From Candidatus Beckwithbacteria bacterium (GTDB lineage Bacteria > Patescibacteriota > Microgenomatia > UBA1400 > CG1-02-47-37), in the NCBI GenBank assembly GCA_026397255.1, contig JAPLVF010000013.1, positions 85,030 to 149,029 on the forward strand: 64,000 bases of DNA, read 5' to 3'. Both the position numbers and the translations under genes were made by a program. Under the pieces are notes generated by a model. It searched no databases. It saw only the letters and a list, made by a program, of their open reading frames with translations, and was not told the DNA's origin. Below are positions 1 to 9,163 of this stretch, one piece after another (the first letter of the stretch is position 1; each line of letters starts with the position of its first letter).

Positions 1-747
1 GGCGTCAACATCACTGGCCCGCATAGATTTAATAAAAGCGGAAATGGTGTTGAAATGTTCTTCACCGGCCCGGTCGTAACGCAAAAACTTACTCTGCAGA
101 GCGTTTTTAATATTGGCAACAGTAATCCGGTGATAGAGTGTATGGGTGGCTTCCAAAAGATTCAAGAGTTGGCGGCAGTCGCCGTTGGCAAACTCCAAAA
201 TAAATTCTTCGGCCTCCCGGGCAAGATTCTTAATTTTTAGCTCTTTTAACCCGCGTTTTAAAACTTTTTTTAAATCCGTTTTGGCGACTGACTCTAAAAC
301 AAATACCTGACAGCGGGATAAAAGCGGACTGATAACCGTAAAGCTGGGATTTTCAGTCGTGGCGCCGATTAGAGTCAGGGTGCCGTCTTCCACAAACGGC
401 AGTAAATAATCCTGCTGGAGTTTGTTAAAACGGTGAATTTCATCTAAAAATAAAATTGTCTGCTGCCGGAATAAGGTCGCCTTAGCCTCAACCACCACTT
501 TTTTAATATCGGCCTTACCGCAGGAAGCAGCGGATAACCCGACAAAATTTGCCTCCATTTCTTTGGCAATCAGACGCGCCAAAGTAGTCTTGCCGCACCC
601 GGGCGGACCCCAGAAAATCATTGAATGTAAAGTTTTCTTTTGAATGGTTAACAAAAGAGGCTTATTCAAGCCGACTAAATGCTTTTGACCGACAAACTCT
701 TTCAAATTTTTAGGGCGTAATCGGTCAGCCAACGGAGCTTCAACCAT
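1..747 (-). CDS. rarA: Replication-associated recombination protein A (RarA/MgsA) AAA+ ATPase. The 5' end is complete with ATG at 747; the 3' end is cut by the window edge.
   Basis: Minus-strand translation from 747 reads MVEAPLADRLRPKNLKEFVGQKHLVGLNKPLL...MIFWGPPGCGKTTLARLIA (Walker A) ...ILFLDEIHRFNK (Walker B) ...LIGATTENPSF. This is the typical RarA order. The ORF runs open to position 1 and is absent from the ORF track only because it is truncated. Confidence 0.8.
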   Translation of the reverse strand, partial: MVEAPLADRLRPKNLKEFVGQKHLVGLNKPLLLTIQKKTLHSMIFWGPPGCGKTTLARLIAKEMEANFVGLSAASCGKADIKKVVVEAKATLFRQQTILFLDEIHRFNKLQQDYLLPFVEDGTLTLIGATTENPSFTVISPLLSRCQVFVLESVAKTDLKKVLKRGLKELKIKNLAREAEEFILEFANGDCRQLLNLLEATHTLYHRITVANIKNALQSKFLRYDRAGEEHFNTISAFIKSMRASDVDA

Positions 748-778
748 AATACCAAACTAAACCCAAAGATGAAGATTG

Positions 779-1543
779 TCAACCAATGTCTTTGCCTTTG
801 ATAACGGCCGTATATTTATCGCCCAACTTTTTCTTTGCCCAATAACGGTTGGAGCGAAAAAGCGAGTAAAAAGTGCCGGAATCAGACCAAAAACCGGTTA
901 GTTCCTGCCAATGAAGCTGGCCCTGCTTTAAATAAGCATTATTAATATCAGTAACTTCCAGCTCTCCCCGGCCAGATGGTCTTAATTTTTTGATCATTTT
1001 AAAAACTTCATGATCGTAAATATACAAACCAGTGACGGCATAGGGCGAGCTGGGACTGGTTGGTTTTTCAACAATATCAATAATTTTTTGCGGATCGGTT
1101 TTGGCAAAAACCGGGTTGCCAAAACGCTCCGGATCAGGAACTTTTTTCAAAAAAATGGTGGCGCCGGATTTAAAATTTTTAACGGCCGGAGAAATATCCT
1201 CATCAGTGGTATTATCACCTAAAATTACGGTGATCGCGTCGCCGTCAGCAAAATCTTCAGCATATTGAAGCGCATCGGCAATCCCTTTAGACCCGCCTTC
1301 CTGATAGGCGTATTCCAAATGAGTAATGCCAAATTCTTTACCGTTTTTCAAAACCTGCATAAATTGTCCGGCATGGATATCCCCCGTAACGATTAAAATA
1401 TTCTTAATCCCGGCGTTAACTAAAGTCTGGATGGGGTAATAAATCATCGGCTGGTCATAAATAGGCAGTAAATGCTTGTTGGTAGGATAAGTTAAGGGGT
1501 ACAATCTTGTTCCCTTGCCGCCGGCTAAAATAACACCTTTCAT
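779..1543 (-). CDS. Sugar-1-phosphate nucleotidylyltransferase, glucose-1-phosphate thymidylyl/uridylyltransferase-like, short form
   Basis: N-terminus MKGVILAGGKGTRLYPLT...K matches the G-x-G-T-R-L nucleotidyltransferase signature; length 254 aa. Confidence 0.8.
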   Translation of the reverse strand: MKGVILAGGKGTRLYPLTYPTNKHLLPIYDQPMIYYPIQTLVNAGIKNILIVTGDIHAGQFMQVLKNGKEFGITHLEYAYQEGGSKGIADALQYAEDFADGDAITVILGDNTTDEDISPAVKNFKSGATIFLKKVPDPERFGNPVFAKTDPQKIIDIVEKPTSPSSPYAVTGLYIYDHEVFKMIKKLRPSGRGELEVTDINNAYLKQGQLHWQELTGFWSDSGTFYSLFRSNRYWAKKKLGDKYTAVIKGKDIG

Positions 1544-1554
1544 AAAAAACTCCT

Positions 1555-1782
1555 TTAGGCCCGCAAACTAATAAAAATTAATACAATCGCACCCAATAAA
1601 CTAATGGCTAAATATTCCAAGACTACCGGTAAAAATAAAGTTTTATCCCGTTTATGAATAAACATTCCCCAGAGAAAATAACTGATTCCCATAACAACAG
1701 AAACAGGCAGGCGATATTGAGGCACTTTTAAATAGATTAACCCTAAAATTATCAGCCAAGTCAACAAATTTAAATATGGCAT
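1555..1782 (-). CDS. Small hydrophobic membrane protein (75 aa), function unknown
   Basis: ORF tightly packed between neighbours with two predicted TM helices. No recognisable motif. Confidence 0.4.
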   Translation of the reverse strand: MPYLNLLTWLIILGLIYLKVPQYRLPVSVVMGISYFLWGMFIHKRDKTLFLPVVLEYLAISLLGAIVLIFISLRA

Positions 1783-1783
1783 A

Positions 1784-2620
1784 TTAAAGGATTAAGCCTG
1801 GCTGGATTCCCACCAGCAAGATTAATAGTATACCTAAAAATATCAAGTGAGCCAAGCTGGAACCGGAAAGCCGGATAATTTTCTTTTTGGTCACAATCGC
1901 CGAATCGATTAAAATTACGGCTATAAGAATAATCGTTAAGCTGATAGAAATCGCTTTAGTTAAGTGAAAAGAGCTGATTAAGGGACTCGTTTTGATCTCT
2001 GCCAGAACGGCTTCGGCGTTGGCATTGATTTCTCCGGTTTTAACCGGCAGTGCCGAACTGACCTGCGTACCGAATAATTGAACGATTAAAGTAGTCGGCT
2101 GACCCTGAAAAGTATCCTGGATGACGGCAATACCGATTTCCCGGTAACGGCCGGAGAGAAGATTATCCCGGTGTGTCGGCGAGTTCATCCAAGCGGTAAT
2201 AACCGACGGAGAATCCTGAAAATCCCTGGCTAAATTCTCGCCGGCATAAAGATATTGATAATGAACATTTTTAAAAAAATCCCAAGGAGTGGTTCCGTCC
2301 GGCGACGCATGCGCCCAATAATTTTTGGCAATCATGTCCGCTCCTTTTTCCTGGGCAGCTTCGGATAAAAGCGGGCTAATCGTTAAGACCGGCAGGCCAT
2401 TTTCCTCCCGGGTTTTATTAGTCAGATTGACAATTTCGTCGGCAGTAATCGAAGAATTAATCCCTAAAACACCGGGCATCCTTGCCCCTAAGAAACTAAA
2501 ACAAACCTGGGTAAAAATTACTAAGACCAGCAAAACACTGAGCGAAGAAGCGTGAAGGGTTTTAGCTTTGTAGTTATTGGATTCCTGGGGGGTGAATAAA
2601 TGGGACAGTAAATGAATCAT
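1784..2620 (-). CDS. CAP/SCP (PR-1-like) domain protein, membrane-anchored
   Basis: Central region YWAHASPDGTTPWDFF...YAGENLARDF...AWMNSPTHRDNLLSGRYREIGIAV resembles the CAP/SCP family. Hydrophobic N- and C-terminal segments are present. Confidence 0.6.
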   Translation of the reverse strand: MIHLLSHLFTPQESNNYKAKTLHASSLSVLLVLVIFTQVCFSFLGARMPGVLGINSSITADEIVNLTNKTREENGLPVLTISPLLSEAAQEKGADMIAKNYWAHASPDGTTPWDFFKNVHYQYLYAGENLARDFQDSPSVITAWMNSPTHRDNLLSGRYREIGIAVIQDTFQGQPTTLIVQLFGTQVSSALPVKTGEINANAEAVLAEIKTSPLISSFHLTKAISISLTIILIAVILIDSAIVTKKKIIRLSGSSLAHLIFLGILLILLVGIQPGLIL

Positions 2621-2675
2621 TGATTCATTTTACTCAAGTTCAGCAGTAACAATCAAGCGCTTCAAGAAGTCTTGT

Positions 2676-5600
2676 TTACTTAATCTTCCGACGGCGATAG
2701 TAACGGATTAAAAACCAAGCCGGAAATAATGTTAATAACCAGGGCCACCAACCGAAATAATGTTCACCCAACACAGTTCCTGGAGATTCTACGCCAGAAG
2801 CAGGAGGGGTAGCTTCTTCTTCAACTCCAAGAACTTCCGGCGCCGGTAAAAATCCGGTTGCCGGTCCGATGGCTCCCGGAATGCCAGCTATGGTGGTAGC
2901 TGTATTAACTTCATTGGAATATGTGCCACGATTACCAACAGTGTCGTAAGCCGCGACGACGACATAATAAAGACCGGTTCCTAAGCCTTGAATTGTGTAT
3001 GAGGTAACGTTACCTACGTGTGCAGCATAATCATAAACGCCTGTTGCCGTACCGTACCACACAGAATAGTCAGTGGCATCAGAAATTGCATTCCAAGCCA
3101 AGCTGACAGAACCAGTTCCTGTGCCAACCATAGATAATATAGGAGCGATTGGTCCGGTCAAATCAACAGTGGCGGTTGTTGAAGTATCTGCTGTGAAACC
3201 GGCTTGATCATAGGCAGTTACTTTTATTGTCCAATCACCTTCACTTAAATTATCGGTGATAGTATATTCAAAAGTTGCTTCAGATACATCTGCGCCTTTT
3301 TCATCTACGCCGTCTTTCTTCCAGGTGACTCGGTAATGATTGATGCCAACGTTATCTTGAGCTGCTTCCCATGTTACTTTAACGTTATTTCCGTTAGAGG
3401 GATTTGGTGATACAGAAAGGTTTTGTGGTCCTTTATCCAGCGTTGTTTCGTCCCATGAAATATTTTTAATACCAACTTCTGAATAATTGTCTGCCAAATC
3501 ATGTGCTCGGTAGTATAAAATGTGAGCGCCTTCGCTTCCTGGTTTAAATGGGGCTGAATACGTAGTCCAAGAACCAGTCTGGGAATCCCATTGATATTCA
3601 ATCTTGTCAATATTTGTATCTGTTGCCGTAAGAGTCACTTCCGGCTGAGTTTTATACCAGCCATTACTCCCATCAGCTGTTAGAGGGTTGATTGATAAAG
3701 CTACTTCCGGGATTGTTTTATCTAAGATAATAGTTAAAGTATAGGTATCTTCTATATTACCGGCATTATCAGTGGCATGAGATTTTATGGTGTAGGTACC
3801 TTGAGCAGGTGAAGTAAGGCCAGCATATTCCCAATTCCCTGTTGCATAAGATGTATTAAGTAGGATTTCTGTCCCGCTGACTACAAATGATGTGCCATCG
3901 AAGTATTGAGTCAAGTCTTTTTGAATTGAAATTTGTACACCGTTCACGTGACTAAGAGTGTCTGTGGCGGCTCCCTTAATAGATCCGTTCCAACTATTCG
4001 TGATTATTGTACTATCAGTTCCCGAGTTTAATGGGTCAGTAATCGTACTATCTGGGTCGGTAAAATCAATATCAGCTCCATTTGAAGTAACAGTGGTTGT
4101 ATTACAGTTTCCCGCGGCGTCACAGACATTAGGAGTAATTGAGCAGGTTTGATTTGTCCCCTGAGTGGTTATGTCACAGGTTGGATTATTACCTGAGGCT
4201 ACTCCATTTGTATCTGCGTAAGTAAAGGTGGATGTTCTGTTTGTGTTATACCATCCGGAAAACGTTGTTTTGGAAGCCAAAGCCGGAGCTGTGGCATCGT
4301 AATAGTAATGCACCGGAGTGCTCCAACCACTTTCGTTACCAGCGTTGTCGATAGCTTGTACCCAAATGGTTACACCATCTTGTTCGTTAAGGCCTGGTGT
4401 GTGGTTGCGTGAGGTTCCGGAAACTGTACGTATAATGGTATCTTGTCTGCCGGCGAGGTGGTGGTCATAAGTATATTTGATTTGATATTCTTTGATGCCA
4501 CTACCGCCGGTGTCGCTCGATACGGACCATTGATTTAGAATGGGAATTGTTTTGAAATATTGTTCAGCAGTTGGTGAGGTTATAGTTGGTTTTCCCGGCG
4601 CTGTTTTGTCAATATTAGTTATTGTTACTGTTTTAGTGGTAATATTTCCCGCAGTATCAGTGGCGACAAAATCAAATGAACCGTTTGTTGTAAATTGGTG
4701 AGATGTAGTATTTAATATTCCTTCATTTGTCGAAGCAGTCACAGTGATATTTTGATTAGTCCAACTCGTATTGTAAGGATCAACTGTTATAACCGGTGCG
4801 GTTGTATCATAGGTGATTGCACATAAAGATGTCCAAGTACCTTTATTACCAAGGGCATCATAAGCGCGAATTCTGGTCCAATATGTATTTCCATTGGTTG
4901 CCCCACCACCATTTACATAATTTGTAGACAAGGAGTGACTTACAAGCAACGTTGTTGAATTTGGTGAATAAACTTCCCTATCGTAACCGGCTACTCCAGC
5001 GTTTGCATCCGTAGAAGGACCCCAAAGGTTTGTCAGTGGTAAATAGTTCAAACTTTGTCCACATGTTTTGTAATTATTAAAGTCAGCGCCACTTGCATAA
5101 TCGCTGCCAACTGGCGGATTTTCGCTAGACCAACCAATTTGTCCTGGAGTTGTAGGACCAGTTTTATCGATACCCGCTATTGCGTCAGACATTAGATACG
5201 TTGTATTAGTGGCAGCATCAACTGCCCTGTAGCAAACTTTTTTGCCATTATCGGATTCAGAAGTAAATGTCTGACTGGCATAAGACACAAAGGTTAAAGT
5301 GCCGTCACAAACCGAACCAGTAGTATTACTCATTTCTAAAGTGCCTTCGGAAGTACTAGCCGTAATCGTTTTACTCAGCGCTGGATTTGTGTTGGGATTA
5401 TTAATGGTGATTGTTGGAGCGGTGGTATCCCAAACCAAATTAAACTCATCAAATGAAGAATTGCCGGCATTATCGGTAGCCGTCAATCTTAAAACATAAG
5501 TTCCATCAACAGTCGCAGAAACGGTTGTTGAGGTTAAACTGGCAGTACCAAAAGATATCGTTCCCGGACCTGATTCTTTTGTCCAGAGAACACTGGCAAT

Positions 5601-7556
5601 CCCGGAGATTAAATCGGTTGCCGAACCAATTTGGGTAAATAAGGCATTTTTGGATTGATCAGCACCGGCGTTAACTGAGGGGGCAGTTTTATCAATATTG
5701 GCACCATTAGAAGTCACCGGAGCGGTACTGCAATTGCCAGCGTTGTCACAAACATTTGGCGTGACCGAGCAAGTTTGATTGGCCCCTTCAGTGCTGATAG
5801 TGCAGGAAGCCGGATTACCGGAATTTATGCCGCTCCTTGAATCTGTGTAATTAAAATAAGATGTTTTACTTATCTTATACCAATCCCAACCAGAAAAGGT
5901 TGTTTTCGATGAAAAAACAGGGGCTGTTTTATCTAATTTAATAGTGACTGAATTAGAACTGTTACCACCTGTGCTAGTGGCCGAACAGGTAATGGTTTGA
6001 CCGGAGGTCTCAGTGTTTATGGTTTGTGTATTACAACCGGTTTGAGAAGTGATTGTGGACTCGGGATCAGTAACGCTCCATGTCACAGTTGGGTTAGAAT
6101 TATTCCAGCCGGCGGCATTTGGCGCTGGGCTGACATTGTAGGTAATTACTGGAGGAGTGGGATCGCTGTTAACAGTAAAAGTAGAGGTCCCCTTATCTGC
6201 CCAAGACCAACAAGTAAAAAGCCAAAAACTACAGTTTTGGACATTTGCGTACCAAGTTCCAAGAGCGGCGTTGCTTGGTAATGCATATGAACAAGTTACT
6301 TCTTTACTTCCCCCGCCGTTATCACAACTGGCGATAGAACTGTTGCTTGGATTTTTGATATTTAGACGCAAAAGTTCGGTCTTAGTGGAAGTTGCTTTAG
6401 CAAAAACTGTTTGTCCGCGCACGTATGAAGTTTTCGGAGTTGAGTAACTATTAGACGAATAGGTTGATACAGAATACACCGCATCTGTAAATGTTGTTTC
6501 AGCAACTATTTTATTCTCGTCTTTAACTTCAACTTTATAATTCGGCCGATAGTTGCCGTCGAGTTGGTAGGCATAAGTAAATTCGCCTAGATCGTTGGTG
6601 GTAATGGAAGTCTCGAAATTAACCGTTGGCTCATCGGTGGAAGAAATAATTAAAGCATAATCTTTATTGGGAGCAAAGGAGGTGCCGGAAATAATGACGA
6701 TTTCGGTCGGGGCATAATCGGGTTTATCGGTAGACAGTTGGGCGCTGGAAACATTGGCTGAGTCAAGATCAAAGACGGGAAGGCTAGTTTCAGAATTAAC
6801 AATCACGGCAGATAGTTGGCCGGTTTCTTCAGGTTGAGTGGAGCCTAAAACTTCCGGGCTAGGCTGAATGTCCTCCTTCGCTGAAGCTTCGGCGGACGAA
6901 GGCGGACCGGTTTCTTTAGGCGGATCAGATGGTTGAACGGACGGACTGGGAAGGGATAACGGGGCCGGACTGACTGATGGTGTTGGGCTGGGAGTAATCA
7001 CCGGCGACGGACTGACTAGCGGTTGATTAGGATTTTCCAGCCAACTATTTTCGTCTGCGGAAAGATTAAGTGATGTATCAGCGGCTTCGGATACTATTTC
7101 CAATTGCTGACTAGTAATAGTAAACCTAGTCACATTGACGACGGATGCGCCGTCAATCTGGGTTTTAAGAATACCGCGGACAACCTGGTGTTTAACGCAG
7201 TTGCCATTTTCAGAACACGTGCCGGCATAAATTTCTTTGGTAAAAGTTCCGCTGTCAACTTTATCTTGACCACTAACGGCTTCGGTTTTATCATCGACTG
7301 TCCGATAGGCTAAAAGATAGCTAACTTCTTTATCAGTATCGACGGTAAAAGAAAAAGAGTTTTTAGCTGAATCGAAAGTAATTGGAGTTGTTTTGACAAC
7401 GGTTGAAACCAAATCTTCTTCAGCATAAACAGGCTTTATTAAAACTGAAGCGATCGGCAATAATTGATTAGCCAATAAAGCCCAGGCCGAAATAACAGAA
7501 AGCAGTTTTCTGGAAAAACTTTTTTTCATTCGCCTTATTATACCCTTGCTTGTCAA
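2676..7556 (-). CDS. Giant secreted or cell-surface protein (1626 aa) with a signal peptide, a Pro/Ser-rich linker, repeated FN3/Ig-like modules and a C-terminal TM anchor with basic tail
   Basis: N-terminus MKKSFSRKLLSVISAWALLANQLLPIASVLIKPVYA is a signal peptide. A linker reads PSPVITPSPTPSVSPAPLSLPSPS. Two roughly 85-aa Cys-containing modules are duplicated internally (TAPVFSSKTTFSGWDW...CDNAGNCS and TAPALASKTTFSGWYN...CDAAGNCN). The protein is T/S/N-rich with likely beta-sandwich repeats. The C-terminus reads ...PAPEVLGVEEE...HYFGWWPWLLTLFPAWFLIRYYRRRKIK. Confidence 0.8.
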   Translation of the reverse strand: MTSKGIIRRMKKSFSRKLLSVISAWALLANQLLPIASVLIKPVYAEEDLVSTVVKTTPITFDSAKNSFSFTVDTDKEVSYLLAYRTVDDKTEAVSGQDKVDSGTFTKEIYAGTCSENGNCVKHQVVRGILKTQIDGASVVNVTRFTITSQQLEIVSEAADTSLNLSADENSWLENPNQPLVSPSPVITPSPTPSVSPAPLSLPSPSVQPSDPPKETGPPSSAEASAKEDIQPSPEVLGSTQPEETGQLSAVIVNSETSLPVFDLDSANVSSAQLSTDKPDYAPTEIVIISGTSFAPNKDYALIISSTDEPTVNFETSITTNDLGEFTYAYQLDGNYRPNYKVEVKDENKIVAETTFTDAVYSVSTYSSNSYSTPKTSYVRGQTVFAKATSTKTELLRLNIKNPSNSSIASCDNGGGSKEVTCSYALPSNAALGTWYANVQNCSFWLFTCWSWADKGTSTFTVNSDPTPPVITYNVSPAPNAAGWNNSNPTVTWSVTDPESTITSQTGCNTQTINTETSGQTITCSATSTGGNSSNSVTIKLDKTAPVFSSKTTFSGWDWYKISKTSYFNYTDSRSGINSGNPASCTISTEGANQTCSVTPNVCDNAGNCSTAPVTSNGANIDKTAPSVNAGADQSKNALFTQIGSATDLISGIASVLWTKESGPGTISFGTASLTSTTVSATVDGTYVLRLTATDNAGNSSFDEFNLVWDTTAPTITINNPNTNPALSKTITASTSEGTLEMSNTTGSVCDGTLTFVSYASQTFTSESDNGKKVCYRAVDAATNTTYLMSDAIAGIDKTGPTTPGQIGWSSENPPVGSDYASGADFNNYKTCGQSLNYLPLTNLWGPSTDANAGVAGYDREVYSPNSTTLLVSHSLSTNYVNGGGATNGNTYWTRIRAYDALGNKGTWTSLCAITYDTTAPVITVDPYNTSWTNQNITVTASTNEGILNTTSHQFTTNGSFDFVATDTAGNITTKTVTITNIDKTAPGKPTITSPTAEQYFKTIPILNQWSVSSDTGGSGIKEYQIKYTYDHHLAGRQDTIIRTVSGTSRNHTPGLNEQDGVTIWVQAIDNAGNESGWSTPVHYYYDATAPALASKTTFSGWYNTNRTSTFTYADTNGVASGNNPTCDITTQGTNQTCSITPNVCDAAGNCNTTTVTSNGADIDFTDPDSTITDPLNSGTDSTIITNSWNGSIKGAATDTLSHVNGVQISIQKDLTQYFDGTSFVVSGTEILLNTSYATGNWEYAGLTSPAQGTYTIKSHATDNAGNIEDTYTLTIILDKTIPEVALSINPLTADGSNGWYKTQPEVTLTATDTNIDKIEYQWDSQTGSWTTYSAPFKPGSEGAHILYYRAHDLADNYSEVGIKNISWDETTLDKGPQNLSVSPNPSNGNNVKVTWEAAQDNVGINHYRVTWKKDGVDEKGADVSEATFEYTITDNLSEGDWTIKVTAYDQAGFTADTSTTATVDLTGPIAPILSMVGTGTGSVSLAWNAISDATDYSVWYGTATGVYDYAAHVGNVTSYTIQGLGTGLYYVVVAAYDTVGNRGTYSNEVNTATTIAGIPGAIGPATGFLPAPEVLGVEEEATPPASGVESPGTVLGEHYFGWWPWLLTLFPAWFLIRYYRRRKIK

Positions 7557-7595
7557 GTGAACAAATGACTCAATCCGAATCTTATTATACCTAAT

Positions 7596-8831
7596 CTATA
7601 TCTGCCAAGAAGTTTTTAGCTGAAATTGTTTGTCGCCTAAGTAGCCGTTGATTTCCGGCCGAATTATAGTTTGATTAAGCAAGGCTGCCGGATAAATCGT
7701 ATACTCGCCGTAACTTTGATTAATTAAATCAACTGTTTTTAAAATTTTATCTTGCTTTTGATCAGCAATAAATAACGGTTGAGGCAGTAAGTTCTTTTTA
7801 GTCAAAAGAGAAATCCAAACGCCGGCGAAACGAATGGGGCGGTGAATTTGCCAGCGATTATATATAGTATAAAGTTGCCGGAAAACTTCCCGACCGGAAT
7901 CAGTAAAAATTTGTCTGGTAACGTGCTTTAATTGATTAAAGTGGTCCCCACGGACAGCCAAACCAAACTGCCGGCCGACTAAGCCCATCTGCCGTAATTT
8001 CCAGACAGCTTCTTCCACTAAATTTCTGATTAAAGCTTTAATGACAGCTTGATTGGTGGTGGTGGCAAATAAAGTATAGGTGCGGGAAACAGACTTGGCT
8101 GGCTGTATCTCTTTCACTGTCACTAAAGAATGGTTGTCTTCCCCTTGACTGAAACGGGTTAATTCTTTGGCCCAAAACTGACCGAATTCGGCTTGAAGAA
8201 TCGATTGGGGCACAAGTTTAACTTGGCTTAAAGACGTAATCCCCAGGTTGTTTAATCGTTGACTCAAATGGCGACCAATGCCGCAAACGTCGGCAAATTT
8301 AGCCTCTTTTAAAACTTGGTTTTGATTCTGATCGTTAATCACAAAAAAGCCTTTTTTCTGGGCTAAGCTGGAAGCCAGTTTGGCTAAAAATTTATTTTTA
8401 GCAATGCCGATGGAAACGCCTAAACATTCCCCTAATTCTGACTGAATTTTGGTTTGGATTTTTTGAGCTAATTTGACTGAACCGCCGAAAAAGATTTGAG
8501 TATAGGTGACGTCTAAAAAAACTTCATCCAGCGAGAAAACTTCCACGACGTCGCTAAAATTATTCATCAGCTGAATAAACTGTTGGGTGACGGCGGCATA
8601 GCGAGTAAAATTGGCGGGAACTAAGATAATTTTAGGACAAAGGGTTTTAACTTCTCCTAAACTCATGCCGGTTTTAATCCCAAAGGTTTTGGCTTGGTTA
8701 GAACAGGCAATGACGCAAGTGCGGCCTAGGGCTTTTAAGATACCGACTGGTTTTCCCCGTAAAGACGGATTAAACTGTTGTTCGACTGAGGCAAAAAAAC
8801 TATTTAAGTCAACGTGGAAAATTAGCCGATC
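7596..8831 (-). CDS. dinB: DNA polymerase IV (Y-family, DinB)
   Basis: MDRLIFHVDLNSFFASVEQ...VIACSNQAKTFGIKTGM...FSLDEVFLDVT are Y-family polymerase motifs. The ORF track starts at 8912, but the internal Met at 8831 matches the conserved DinB N-terminus (hhhhvDmd.FFAsVE). The 8832-8912 stretch overlaps a terminator hairpin. Confidence 0.8.
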   Translation of the reverse strand, partial: DRLIFHVDLNSFFASVEQQFNPSLRGKPVGILKALGRTCVIACSNQAKTFGIKTGMSLGEVKTLCPKIILVPANFTRYAAVTQQFIQLMNNFSDVVEVFSLDEVFLDVTYTQIFFGGSVKLAQKIQTKIQSELGECLGVSIGIAKNKFLAKLASSLAQKKGFFVINDQNQNQVLKEAKFADVCGIGRHLSQRLNNLGITSLSQVKLVPQSILQAEFGQFWAKELTRFSQGEDNHSLVTVKEIQPAKSVSRTYTLFATTTNQAVIKALIRNLVEEAVWKLRQMGLVGRQFGLAVRGDHFNQLKHVTRQIFTDSGREVFRQLYTIYNRWQIHRPIRFAGVWISLLTKKNLLPQPLFIADQKQDKILKTVDLINQSYGEYTIYPAALLNQTIIRPEINGYLGDKQFQLKTSWQI

Positions 8832-8875
8832 CATTAATTCTAGTAAAGCCGAATAAAAGACGAATGTAAAGAGGG

Positions 8876-8909
8876 AAAAACCCCGTCCCGACATAATATC
8901 GGGGCGGGG
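8876..8909 (-). terminator. Rho-independent terminator for the small Pro/Thr-rich ORF
   Basis: The minus strand reads GCCCCGCCCCGA-tattatg-TCGGGACGGGG, an 11-bp stem with one mismatch, followed by TTTTT. It sits immediately downstream of the 8928 stop. Confidence 0.5.
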
Positions 8910-8927
8910 CAAAAATAAATTTATTTT

Positions 8928-9113
8928 TTACATCTTAGGTTCTTCAGTTACTGGTGCGGCCGGCCCGCCTGGAGTCGAGACAGGTTCCGGAGTCGGAGCC
9001 GCCGGAGTATCACCGGGCAAAGGTATATCCGTGGGTGTAGGGGTAGGTGTAGGCGTGGGTGTAGGAGCCGCCGGAGTATCACCGGGCATTACAGGATTTT
9101 GTGTATCATCCAT
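8928..9113 (-). CDS. Small acidic Pro/Thr-rich protein (61 aa) encoded on a (GGTGTA/GGCGTG)n-like simple repeat
   Basis: Strong SD (AGGGGGGTGA) 7 nt upstream of the ATG and a dedicated terminator downstream. The protein MDDTQNPVMPGDTPAAPTPTPTPTPTPTDIPLPGDTPAAPTPEP has the PGDTPAAPTP unit duplicated. Confidence 0.45.
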   Translation of the reverse strand: MDDTQNPVMPGDTPAAPTPTPTPTPTPTDIPLPGDTPAAPTPEPVSTPGGPAAPVTEEPKM

Positions 9114-9163
9114 AAATCACTCACCCCCCTTCTTTTTGCTATTATCTATTATAAATCACTATA

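Noticed and set aside
55-240. 61-aa plus-strand ORF at the window start
   Set aside because: It lies entirely antisense to the clearly coding rarA gene and has no RBS or recognisable motif, so it is a spurious ORF.
1010-1222. Antisense ORFs nested within confident genes, such as 1010-1222, 2325-2555, 3374-3610, 12739-12957, 18747-18971, 28749-29075 and 39807-40064
   Set aside because: Each lies inside and opposite to a well-supported gene with strong motif evidence, and they have low-complexity or odd composition. These are typical six-frame artefacts.
8832-8912. Leaderless dinB transcript from a TTTACA / TTTACT promoter-like pair immediately upstream of ATG 8831
   Set aside because: The -10 element is poor and spacing alternatives are ambiguous. 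It cannot be supported from sequence alone.
8990-9075. GT/GC-rich simple repeat as a possible non-coding microsatellite or regulatory element
   Set aside because: It lies within an ORF that has a strong RBS and terminator. It is interpreted as coding (TP)n low complexity rather than a separate feature.
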